A DNA stretch of 58,746 nucleotides from Pseudomonadota bacterium. GTDB lineage: Bacteria; Desulfobacterota; Desulfobacteria; Desulfobacterales; RPRI01. The DNA is taken from assembly GCA_043825875.1 (NCBI GenBank), contig JBDRRF010000022.1, forward strand, positions 1 through 58,746. Reading direction: 5' to 3'. The notes below the pieces were generated by a model. It made no database searches and was not told the DNA's origin. It was given only the letters and a program-made list of their open reading frames with translations. Shown here piece after piece: positions 9,590-18,728 of this stretch (positions are counted from its first letter, which is position 1; every line of letters begins with the position of its first letter). The position numbers and the translations under genes were made by a program.

Positions 9590-10197
9590 AAATATCTTTC
9601 GTTTTTCCTAATTTAAAATGAAGCCAATATCATTAGCAGTAAGAGTTTTAAACAATATTTTGAATCAGTAATGAACCTAATCAAATGCCAAAGTATTGTG
9701 CCGCTTTATAAAATAATCAACTAAAAAAACTAAAATAGTAAAGCACTAAAACAAATAAAGTAAGTAAAACCATTAAATTACAAAACTATGATAACTTGAT
9801 AGCAGACAAATATTTTATTGGACATCTTTATAGGATAAGGGCCCTTCTTTAAATTATATTTTTAGATTAATATTTAAGGTCAAATGCTAAAATCTGAATA
9901 GATATAGCTATTAAGTGGGACATATATCAGGCTAAGTTTCATAATAGGTTTTAGATTATTACCATGTAACTGTAAGTTAATTATCAGATGCCAAGAATAT
10001 TATCAAGAAGTAATTTTGAAATAATTCCTAAAATCTTCAAAATTGGAAATCACAAAACCAGTATGTACCCCCAATATTTTAAGAGCCACTGGTAATTATT
10101 TCCATTTTTTCCCCTTTCTATTCAATATTGACCCAAAAATTACAATAGAATTGTAAAATTGCATTGCATTCTTACAAAATAGTTGTATATTTAGCTT

Positions 10198-11379
10198 ATG
10201 GAAAAGAACCTGATATATAGATTGCTTCATGTCCCAGAATATTCTTTTTTTCTTTTCGGACCCCGTGGCGTTGGTAAAACTACATACTTACGGGAAGTTA
10301 TGCCTGGCGCCATCTTTTTTGATTTGCTTGAAGCGTCTTTAAACCTTGAACTTTCTATAAACCCCGGGCGTTTGGAAGCCATGATTGGAACACGCCCTAA
10401 AGATTCCTGGGTAGTCATTGATGAGATTCAAAGAATTCCCGGCCTTTTGGACGAAGTTCATCGCCTGATAGAAAACAAAGGCTGGAAGTTTGCCTTATGT
10501 GGCTCGTCTGCCAGGAAGCTTCGACGCGGTGGTGTCAATCTTTTAGCCGGACGAGCGGTTACGCGAAGTCTTGACACCTTCTCTTTTGGGGAATTGGGAC
10601 AAGCTTTTGATATTGAGTTTTCTCTGGAATGGGGACTTTTGCCTTGGATTCAGATGCATCGTGATAATCCGACAGATTTTCTGAGTGCGTATGTAGATAC
10701 TTATCTTAAAGAGGAAATTAAAGAGGAAAGTATTGTTCGCAGCTTACCTCCATTTTTGCGATTTATAAGTATTGCCGGACAGTTGAACGGTCAAATGGTT
10801 AATGGGCAGAATATTGCGCGTGAGGCTGGGGTACCAAGAAGCAGTGTAGATGTATATTTTTCTATTTTAGAAGACACCTTGCTTGGGCACTTTCTTCCTG
10901 CCTATAAACCGGGGGCAAAAGTACGGGAACAGACACACCCGAAATTCTTTTGGTTTGACCCTGGCGTTGCCAGAGCGGCAGCAGGTCTGCTTTTTGATCC
11001 GGTCGACCGGATATGGAAAGGTTCAAGTCTTGAAACTATGATTTTGCATGAGTTGAAAGTTTACAACCAAACTCAGGAAAAACATCGAGGGATCTATTTC
11101 TACAGAACCGGAAGCGGAGTTGAAATTGATTTTGTAATTGAGACAAAAAAACGGCAGCAGTTGTCCAATCCTCATGTTGTGTGCATGGAAGTCAAGATGG
11201 CGGAAAAATGGGACAGAGGGTGGGAAAAACCTATGCGTTCGCTCAATGAATATAAAGGAATTCATGTAGATCGTATGATCGGCATCTACAATGGCGCAAG
11301 GGTCTACCATTATGATGGTGTAGATGTCCTTCCTGTAAAAGAATTTCTTGAACAACTGCATCACGGTAAAGTTTTTTAG
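10198..11379 (+). CDS. AAA ATPase with DUF4143 / C-terminal PD-(D/E)xK-like domain
   Basis: Walker A GPRGVGKT, Walker B VVIDEIQ, GSS, LAGR, 'K..WFDPG', 'EIDF..E...EVK'. Confidence 0.9.
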   Translation: MEKNLIYRLLHVPEYSFFLFGPRGVGKTTYLREVMPGAIFFDLLEASLNLELSINPGRLEAMIGTRPKDSWVVIDEIQRIPGLLDEVHRLIENKGWKFALCGSSARKLRRGGVNLLAGRAVTRSLDTFSFGELGQAFDIEFSLEWGLLPWIQMHRDNPTDFLSAYVDTYLKEEIKEESIVRSLPPFLRFISIAGQLNGQMVNGQNIAREAGVPRSSVDVYFSILEDTLLGHFLPAYKPGAKVREQTHPKFFWFDPGVARAAAGLLFDPVDRIWKGSSLETMILHELKVYNQTQEKHRGIYFYRTGSGVEIDFVIETKKRQQLSNPHVVCMEVKMAEKWDRGWEKPMRSLNEYKGIHVDRMIGIYNGARVYHYDGVDVLPVKEFLEQLHHGKVF

Positions 11380-11427
11380 ATTTTAGAAAAGATGAATTTC
11401 TTAGCACGCTATTGGACTAATGGCAAT

Positions 11428-11456
11428 AAAAAAACCCGCTATTATTAGCGGGTTTT
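11428..11456. terminator. Intrinsic terminator hairpin (bidirectional geometry)
   Basis: AAAAAAACCCGCTA-TTAT-TAGCGGGTTTT. Confidence 0.7.
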
Positions 11457-11691
11457 GCACTTATTTGGATTGTATTGGATTAGGTCTTGGTGGAGGACAC
11501 GGAGCCTTACCCCAATTCGTTCTCCAAACAAAAATACATCCGAAAACCCTGTTTATTCAACACTTTACAAGACATCAAATCCCTCCAAGCTGCCGGACTC
11601 CGAGAGAAATTTAATTCTCTACATTTTCCCGAAACAGAGAACGGACGTGGGTTCGATTCCCGATTGAATACCCGAGGGTGTGTTTTACAAC

Positions 11692-12675
11692 TCATGTCTT
11701 AACCGCCATAACCGAGCTGATCAGCCACGCGGTATAGCCCACATAAACCACCAAAAGAGCTGCACCTTCAAAGCGGCTTATTCGCCCCTGACGACCTCTG
11801 AATCCATATCCGATCAGGAAGAGTGAAACGGTCAAAGAACCCATCACAATCATGTCGCGTGAGAGCGTTTCCGGCTCCACCGCAAAAGGATGGATCGATC
11901 CGGCAATCCCGACAACGGCCAGCGTGTTGAACAAGTTTGAGCCGAGCACATTTATAAGAGCGATATCATGCTCACCCTTGCGGGCGGCAATGACGGATGA
12001 CGCCAACTCCGGCAAGGAGGTGCCCACCGCAACAATCGTCAAACCGATGATCATGTCGCTAACACCGAAAATCTGAGCAATTTCCACCGATCCCCATACA
12101 AGGATGCGCGAGCTGGCAATGAGCAACAGCAACCCGGCGACAAGCCAGAAAACAGCCCGCTTGATCGGCATTTCTTTTTCGGCAGTTTCAGACTCAACCT
12201 CTTTGGCCAACGTATCGGTTTTTCGTTTCAAGCCCTGAATTATGGTCCATGCCATCAGCCCACCAAAAACCAAAAGCAAGACTACGGCATCGAGCCGTGA
12301 TAAATCGAGGTCTGCGAGAAGGCCCACGGTGAGAATGGTCACGAGTGTCAGTATGGGCAGTTCTTTGCGTAATACCGTCGAATGAACCATGATTGGATTT
12401 ATCAGGGCGGACACCCCGAGGATCAGGGCAATATTACAGATGTTTGAGCCATAGGCATTCCCAAGGGCAATTCCCGCATTCCCGTCGATCGAGGCCAGTG
12501 CCGACACCACCATCTCCGGTGCGGAAGTCCCGAATCCAACGATCACCATGCCGATCAACAGCGGCGGCATGCCGAAATGACGTGCTGTAGAAGCTGAACC
12601 TTCCACAAACCGATCCGCGCTCCAAACGAGCAGAACCAGACCGGCTATTAAAGCCACAATCGCCATTCCCATCAT
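11692..12675 (-). CDS. Calcium/sodium antiporter (YrbG / CaCA family)
   Basis: Two alpha repeats GTSAPE / GTSLPE and GSNICN / GSNLFN. Confidence 0.92.
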   Translation of the reverse strand: MMGMAIVALIAGLVLLVWSADRFVEGSASTARHFGMPPLLIGMVIVGFGTSAPEMVVSALASIDGNAGIALGNAYGSNICNIALILGVSALINPIMVHSTVLRKELPILTLVTILTVGLLADLDLSRLDAVVLLLVFGGLMAWTIIQGLKRKTDTLAKEVESETAEKEMPIKRAVFWLVAGLLLLIASSRILVWGSVEIAQIFGVSDMIIGLTIVAVGTSLPELASSVIAARKGEHDIALINVLGSNLFNTLAVVGIAGSIHPFAVEPETLSRDMIVMGSLTVSLFLIGYGFRGRQGRISRFEGAALLVVYVGYTAWLISSVMAVKT

Positions 12676-12699
12676 CTAATTCCCTTATCAATAAACAAA

Positions 12700-13773
12700 T
12701 CAGTCTTCTTTATTTTTATCATTCTCATGTTCCAGTTGTTTTATAACTCGGTCAAAGTCACTCTCAAAGAGCCGATCCTGAATAATGCGGTATTTTTCAA
12801 ATTCGCTTTCGGCATGCGCTTTGGCAATTTCCGCCGTTACCCTTCCAGCGTCCTGCAGGATTTCCCGGTCGGTAGCTTCGATGAATTTGTTCAAGCGTGT
12901 TTCCCAATCCTGCATGGTCATCGGCATCTTGCGCAGGGCCATATCCTCGGCCACATCCAGGTAGGCGTTCACCAGACGGGTCAGTTGTGCCATTTCATTT
13001 TCGGTCAGATAGTTTTTAGCTACGCTCACATCAAACTTCTGGATTTTACCTTTTGGAGCATCCTTCCAAGTTGTCAGCCCCATGTTCTGCTTCTGGTGGT
13101 CTGCCCGGTCGACGATCACTTCGGCAGCTGTCTGGCCGTGAATAGCCCAGTGCAGCTTGTTTTGAACCGTGGCAAAGAATCGCTTGGTCGCCTTAGCTGT
13201 CACATCATAATCAATGGACGTGGCGTAGATGTCGGTGATCTTCTGGTAGAACTTGCGTTCACTCAGGCGTATTTCCCTGATGCACTCTAGCTGCTCTTCA
13301 AAATACTGCTCAGTCAGTATAGAGCCGCCGCTTTTTATCCGTTCATCATCCATCACATAGGCTTTGATGGTGTATTCCTTTATGATGATGGTGGCCCATT
13401 TGCGGAACTGGACGGCACGCTCTGAGTTGACCTTATAACCGACGGCGATGATGGCCGAGAGATTATAGTGTTTGGTGTTATAGTTTTTGCCGTCAGCGGC
13501 AGTTATTCGAAAATTTCGAATAACTGAATCTTCTTCCAACTCACTGTCGGAAAACACCTTTTTCAGATGATAATTGACGGTGTGGGTTTCAACATCGTAG
13601 AGAACCCCCATCATTTTCTGAGTCAGCCAGATGTTCTCGTCTGCGTAAACCGCCTGAACGCCGCCCTTGCCGGTGGCGGCAACAAATGTCAGGTATTCCG
13701 CAGCCGAGGATCGAACAATCGATGTCTCTTTTTTTCCGGACTTTTGAAGTTGCTTGTTTTTGTCCTTCTTCAT
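12700..13773 (-). CDS. Virulence RhuM family protein
   Basis: 'IWLTQK.M..LY', 'YNL.AII.VGYKVNS..A..FR.WA', 'IREIR.SE..FY', 'FFA.VQNKLH.A..G.TAAE'. Confidence 0.9.
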   Translation of the reverse strand: MKKDKNKQLQKSGKKETSIVRSSAAEYLTFVAATGKGGVQAVYADENIWLTQKMMGVLYDVETHTVNYHLKKVFSDSELEEDSVIRNFRITAADGKNYNTKHYNLSAIIAVGYKVNSERAVQFRKWATIIIKEYTIKAYVMDDERIKSGGSILTEQYFEEQLECIREIRLSERKFYQKITDIYATSIDYDVTAKATKRFFATVQNKLHWAIHGQTAAEVIVDRADHQKQNMGLTTWKDAPKGKIQKFDVSVAKNYLTENEMAQLTRLVNAYLDVAEDMALRKMPMTMQDWETRLNKFIEATDREILQDAGRVTAEIAKAHAESEFEKYRIIQDRLFESDFDRVIKQLEHENDKNKED

Positions 13774-14360
13774 TCAACGCCTCCCCAGTTTTGATACCTG
13801 TCCCGGGACCAGCGGAGATATTTCACCAATTCCCAGTTGATCGATTCGGAATCAAACCGCTCACTGTCGTAATCGCCACCGGACCATTCCATGTAACTTT
13901 TGTGCTCTTCATGGTTCGGGTCCTTCAGGGCGTTGCAGAATTCAAAGTAGCCGGGTACGCCGCCCACATCTTCAGGTGGGCAGGCCCGTTCGCCTTCAAG
14001 GCAGGCCAGGTCCGTTCTCAGTTCCGGATTAAAATAGCGGCTTTCTTCGAGAACAAGTTCATGCTCCCAGCTGTCCCCGAAGTCATACAGATAACGGAAG
14101 GTGCGGCCTTTCTGTTTGATCAGGTCTCCAAGACGATATCGTCCGCAGACCAGCCCGTCTTCTTTCGATTCAGGGTATTCCGTGTATCGTTTATTCCCGA
14201 TGGTAAATTCGTGCAGATGGCTGTCGGTCCAGCCCATGACAATCTGGATAACATCATGCAGCCGATCCAGCGTAATGCTGGCGGGCACCACAAAACGACG
14301 CCAGATTACCGATTCTATATCAAGCAGCTGTACTTTCAGCAGATAAAATCGTTCGTTCAT
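13770..14360 (-). CDS. Plasmid pRiA4b ORF-3 family protein
   Basis: 'IWRR..VP...TL..LH..IQ..MGW...HLHEF', 'YLYDFGD.W.H', 'G.RACPPED.GG'. Confidence 0.9.
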   Translation of the reverse strand: MNERFYLLKVQLLDIESVIWRRFVVPASITLDRLHDVIQIVMGWTDSHLHEFTIGNKRYTEYPESKEDGLVCGRYRLGDLIKQKGRTFRYLYDFGDSWEHELVLEESRYFNPELRTDLACLEGERACPPEDVGGVPGYFEFCNALKDPNHEEHKSYMEWSGGDYDSERFDSESINWELVKYLRWSRDRYQNWGGVE

Positions 14361-15715
14361 GTCTTCACCTCATATTTTGACCAGAAGCTTCGTTTACGAC
14401 CATGGTCCTCAATGATCCGAGCTTTGAAAGCTTCGTGATGATGAAATTTTTTCCAGTCAGCGACACTTGCCGCCAGTTTGTCCAGCTTTTTCAAATACCG
14501 GATACCATGGGGATACGCTTTGGTGTACCCACGTTCCAGAATGGAGATAAGTAAACTGCGGTAGATCAGGTTGGTGACAAGGTGACGGTTTTCTGCCTCC
14601 ATCGCTTCTGCCAGAGATAGCAGGCTGCCGTAATGGTTCCCATCAAGCTGGTCGGCACGCCCCAGGAGATATAGTTCGGCTTCATCTATCTTTCCGACTG
14701 CAATCAGGAATTCCGCATCCGACTCCCGGAGTCTGTCGGCTTTCAGAATCACCTTCACCTCATCAGTAACGACTTCATCCCGCTTGTCATGACCAATCAC
14801 ATCCAGAAGCGCCTGCAATGTGTCTGTGGAATGATAGGATCTGAATTTCTGGAGCAGGAGTTCCGTCAGCTTTTCGGAGTCGCCTTGCTTCTGATAGATC
14901 TCCTCCAGCAGCTTATCCCGCTCGTATGCCTGATAGGTTTCTCCTTCCGGGATTTTTTTCAGCCATGAATGGGCCGTTTCAACATCACCGCTTTCAAGGT
15001 AGACACGGGCAATATCAATCAGCGCCGCAGTGGAAAGCTTTCCCCATGAAGCAATGCGCGTTTTTTCAAACAGCTTTGCATCCTTGATCTGGCTGGCCAG
15101 TGATTCGATGGATCTTAGGTGATGACGTTTGCCGTACTCATCCTTTGCTTTGTCCGCCCATTTCTGGAGCGTGGCGATCATGGTGCGGATAACATCCTCG
15201 GGCAGGCACTCTCCGGCACAGTCAATCAAGGTATCCCTTATGCCGTAATTGTCCTTTTGGTTCACCTTGAGAATGATGTCTGCAATTTTATCCTTGTCAG
15301 AACAACGGGAGGCATAGTCCACAAACAGTTCTTTGGCATCATAGCGGAACACATCGCCAATATTGCCGCTGGAGTCATCACACATCTCGAAAATGGTGTT
15401 GTCGGCCTCGTAAAATGCCGCAACCAGTTCAACGCCGGTAAGCGGATCATCCACACCGGCTTTCAGATCCTGCAACAGCATTTCCAGTTCACGGGAAAAA
15501 CTGGCGGATTCGCGCCAGTCAATAAAGCGCCTTGAATGTTTCAGGCTCGAAAGCTTCTTCTTAAATCGCTGAACATTTTCCTTGGGTGTGGCAATCAGTT
15601 GCTCGATCAGGTCATCCGCTTCGTCGGAATGAACGGCAAGATTCAGCAAAGCATCTGCCAGAGCATCCGCACCAAGAGCGATCAGTTTTTGTTTGCGGTC
15701 ACTACCCGATGTCAT
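14357..15715 (-). CDS. Alpha-helical hypothetical protein, DUF6880-like
   Basis: 452 aa; 'CDDS.G.IGD', C-terminal 'Y..G..YL..L...H.RK.SFW'; translationally coupled on both sides. Confidence 0.6.
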   Translation of the reverse strand: MTSGSDRKQKLIALGADALADALLNLAVHSDEADDLIEQLIATPKENVQRFKKKLSSLKHSRRFIDWRESASFSRELEMLLQDLKAGVDDPLTGVELVAAFYEADNTIFEMCDDSSGNIGDVFRYDAKELFVDYASRCSDKDKIADIILKVNQKDNYGIRDTLIDCAGECLPEDVIRTMIATLQKWADKAKDEYGKRHHLRSIESLASQIKDAKLFEKTRIASWGKLSTAALIDIARVYLESGDVETAHSWLKKIPEGETYQAYERDKLLEEIYQKQGDSEKLTELLLQKFRSYHSTDTLQALLDVIGHDKRDEVVTDEVKVILKADRLRESDAEFLIAVGKIDEAELYLLGRADQLDGNHYGSLLSLAEAMEAENRHLVTNLIYRSLLISILERGYTKAYPHGIRYLKKLDKLAASVADWKKFHHHEAFKARIIEDHGRKRSFWSKYEVKT

Positions 15716-17343
15716 GAGGTTTCTCTCTCCAATACAGCGCCTGCATCCTCCAGTATCGCTTTGATTTCCGGGGTCAATTTCCCCTGTATTTCAGCCTCCT
15801 GGGATATCTGAACATACTTGAAGGTGTTGAGATCAAACGGAACCCTGTCGCCGGAATCCTGAGGTTCAAACAGATAGATAAGCCGGTTTTGCTCATGGTG
15901 CTTGAGGGCGTAGCCTGCTTCCACATAGACATTGGGGCGATGCCCGGTCAGGTCGCAGATGATGATTTCGGAACCGGCAATGGCTTCGTACATTTTCTGA
16001 TGGATCGGGAAGGTTCCGCCTTCTTCCGTCCCCATGTCGATCAGTTCCAGTGAAATACCATACGTCCGTTGAAAATTTTCAAGGGTTTGCCGCAACTGTT
16101 CCAATCTCAGATTCGCTTTGTTGAAGGCGCCGTTGGGGGCATCAGCCGGAGGATACCACCGGGCCAGAAACACCTTCCGTGGAATTCGATTTTGGGCGGC
16201 ACGAAATGTGGTCAGAAGCTGTTGTGCCGGGGAAGTCGGATTCAACAGACCGGTAATCCCTTCACTGCCAAGCCATCGGCCGATGCGATCCAGTGTCTGA
16301 ACGGACAGGGATACCCGGTCTTCATGGGTGCCGGTCGTTTCCCGCCAGATGCGTGCGGCCAGTTCAAGAAACGAATGGGTTTTACACAGTGACGGATGAT
16401 TGACCGTCAACCGAACCAGGATATCGGAAAGACCGGCAAAAAGATCATCGGCAAATGCTTCCAGAGCCCCTCTGCTATCCACAATGGTTTCATCCACAGC
16501 AATGAGATTTCGGGCCGCTTCCCAGAGAACTGTCAGTGGACGCTCACCAAAACGCTCCCGGGCCGGTTGGGGCAAACCCTGCAATTTGGTTGACAACAGT
16601 CGGGTCAGATAGAGTTCGGGGCTGTAGTTGAATTCGTTTTCCGGGGTCATGTCGTAGGCCGAATCCTGTCCCAACAGAAGCCGCAAGCCATGTTCGGATT
16701 CCAAAGGAAGTGCGGTATTGTTGATGGTATGAAAGATCAGCGACTCGGCATAATCATCCGCCTCGTTTCCCGCATCTCCCAACAGGATCAAACAAAAGGG
16801 GGCAATAAATTTGGTGGGTACGGTGGGATCATCCTGAAGCTGCTCGGCCAGTGCCAGCCGATGGTTACCGTCAATCCGTCGAATCAGTTTATCTTCCTTG
16901 ATTTGGTCAAGATCCTGCCGCGCCATTCGAATCGTCTGAATACGTGTGGTTTTGCTGCTGTAACGACGCCTGATGGAAACTGGGGTGCGCTCGTCATCCT
17001 GCACCCCGATCACAAATCCCGGTGGTTCATCCGTTTCCGCCACCATGCGTTGATCCTGATCAATGGGAAGAACCGGCACCCGGCAGGAGAGCACCACTTC
17101 CGGCAAAAAGCGGTTGTCGCTCTGTTCCAGATAGTTCTTGATGTCCAGGGCATGCTTTTCATTCAGCTCCCGCTGATGGCCGACAACCCGGCATGCCTGG
17201 GTGTCATGCTCGGTCATCTCATAGGGCACCGACACCGCCGCCAGATCCCGCAGATCGGCAAAGCCCCGGATCACCCGGAAAATACCCAACACGTTTTCGG
17301 CAAAATACCCTTCAAACTGGATGTATTGACGACCGCGTGACAT
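15712..17343 (-). CDS. DGQHR (DndB/ParB-like) domain + C-terminal nucleoside 2-deoxyribosyltransferase-like domain fusion
   Basis: GHQR.L...H...I..Y, 'FLPEVVL', IDGNHRL, 'IFHTIN..A.PL'; C-terminal 'IIICDLTGHRPNVYVEAGYA...VPFDL'; start moved to ATG 17343 just after the S-gene stop. Confidence 0.7.
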   Translation of the reverse strand: MSRGRQYIQFEGYFAENVLGIFRVIRGFADLRDLAAVSVPYEMTEHDTQACRVVGHQRELNEKHALDIKNYLEQSDNRFLPEVVLSCRVPVLPIDQDQRMVAETDEPPGFVIGVQDDERTPVSIRRRYSSKTTRIQTIRMARQDLDQIKEDKLIRRIDGNHRLALAEQLQDDPTVPTKFIAPFCLILLGDAGNEADDYAESLIFHTINNTALPLESEHGLRLLLGQDSAYDMTPENEFNYSPELYLTRLLSTKLQGLPQPARERFGERPLTVLWEAARNLIAVDETIVDSRGALEAFADDLFAGLSDILVRLTVNHPSLCKTHSFLELAARIWRETTGTHEDRVSLSVQTLDRIGRWLGSEGITGLLNPTSPAQQLLTTFRAAQNRIPRKVFLARWYPPADAPNGAFNKANLRLEQLRQTLENFQRTYGISLELIDMGTEEGGTFPIHQKMYEAIAGSEIIICDLTGHRPNVYVEAGYALKHHEQNRLIYLFEPQDSGDRVPFDLNTFKYVQISQEAEIQGKLTPEIKAILEDAGAVLERETS

Positions 17344-17344
17344 A

Positions 17345-18728
17345 TCAGAGGTTCTCCACTGAAAGGGTGCCGAGGATGAGTTTTTCAACCGTTTTGGTAG
17401 ATTCCTTCACAAGGGTCTTTGCTTTATTATCAAGCAAATTTGATTCTTCTCTCATAGTTGCAATTGCGTCTATTGTATTTTTTTGAATATTTAGAGATGG
17501 CAAAGGGAACTTCAAACCCATTAGCCCAGGTTTTGAGATTTTTTTCATTGTCGGCGATGTCCCTGTGAGGTTTGTCTCAATTTGCCAACGTAAATGGGGA
17601 ATTTTGAAGATTTCATCTAAATACTCTGGAAGGATTACCGAGTTTTCTTTCCAGATCACCCTAAACATCAAATCACAGAGCATTAACTTTGCACGAACTT
17701 CACCAGCTAAAGCACAAGCACCAACATATCTAGGCACATTTCCTCGGCAAATTAGTAGGTCCCCTGTTTTAACTTCATATTGAGGTTTGGGCTTCATTTT
17801 TGCTGGCAGGGCTTTGTTTTCATTCTCGTTAAATACCCCAAAAGATATAGCACCAAGTTTAAGGGTGCCCCATTCGTCAATATTTGCTGGACGATTTAAA
17901 CTTTTTGGACTCCATCCTGTTTCCAAATCAACAATAACATCCGAGAGAGAAACAATAGGAAAAGAGCTCCTGGATAAGTTTGGTCGGCATGTCCTTTCAC
18001 GGGCAATGTTTACACCCCACCGGTCGATTTCTTTCCATGATGAAACAAATGACCTTCTTGAATGAGCCTGCTTTAATGGTTTTAAACCTATTTCTGAAAC
18101 CAAATAATTAGGTATGCTATTATTTATTTCATTTGACTGCTCAATACATTTATTAGCGATAAAATTTTCACCCTTCCAATACTCCACAATTTTTTGCTGA
18201 ATAGGGATCGGGGGCAGAGGAACTTTCAACGTTTCAAGCAACGGGTATGTCAGGTTCATCCTTACAGAACCGGCAGTTGCTGCACGAAGGGTTTTATTGA
18301 AAAATTCTGATTTCAGAATAAACCAAAACAGTTCCGGCAAAATAATATTTTCATCAATAGAAAAAAACAACATAGGCCGGACTGATAAAGGCCCCGTCAT
18401 GTTTATCCGGAACCCACCCGATTGATCCAACGTTAATCCGGTATGGGTTGTATGCAAAATCTCCTGCTGATACTTTTTTATATGGCTGTTTAATTCCTTT
18501 ACCAAGGGCATCATAGGCATGAAAAATTCCGTCAATGTTATTAACACCAAGAATTTTGAAGGTATCGTCCGGGAAATTAAACGGACGTACTTTTTCATTA
18601 TGCTCACGAACAAACGTGGATAAAGAAACCAAGGGATACTTTGATTTGATTCGTCCGGTAAAGTATTTGACATCCCAACGATCAAGTTCGCTGAAATTGA
18701 TATAGCGAGGGGTTGCGGCAGTACTCAT
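17345..18728 (-). pseudogene. hsdS: Restriction-modification specificity (HsdS-like) subunit, frameshifted in a T7 run
   Basis: ORF 18728-18354 (..AFISPAYVVFFY*) continues in another frame (..FSIDENIILPE..); removing one base of the A7 run at 18361-18367 gives SPAYVVFSIDE and two TRDs with 'PLPP...QQKIV' spacers. Confidence 0.8.

Noticed and set aside
11643..11662. tRNA gene suggested by GGTTCGATTCCC
   Set aside because: Only a T-arm-like fragment; no acceptor, D or anticodon arms can be built
11420..11702. Several short ORFs at the island edge
   Set aside because: They overlap the terminator and att remnant, with no RBS or motif
18368..18685. N-terminal part of the 446-aa ORF 17345-18685
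   Set aside because: Out-of-frame artefact; the true N-terminus is ORF 18728-18354 upstream of the frameshift
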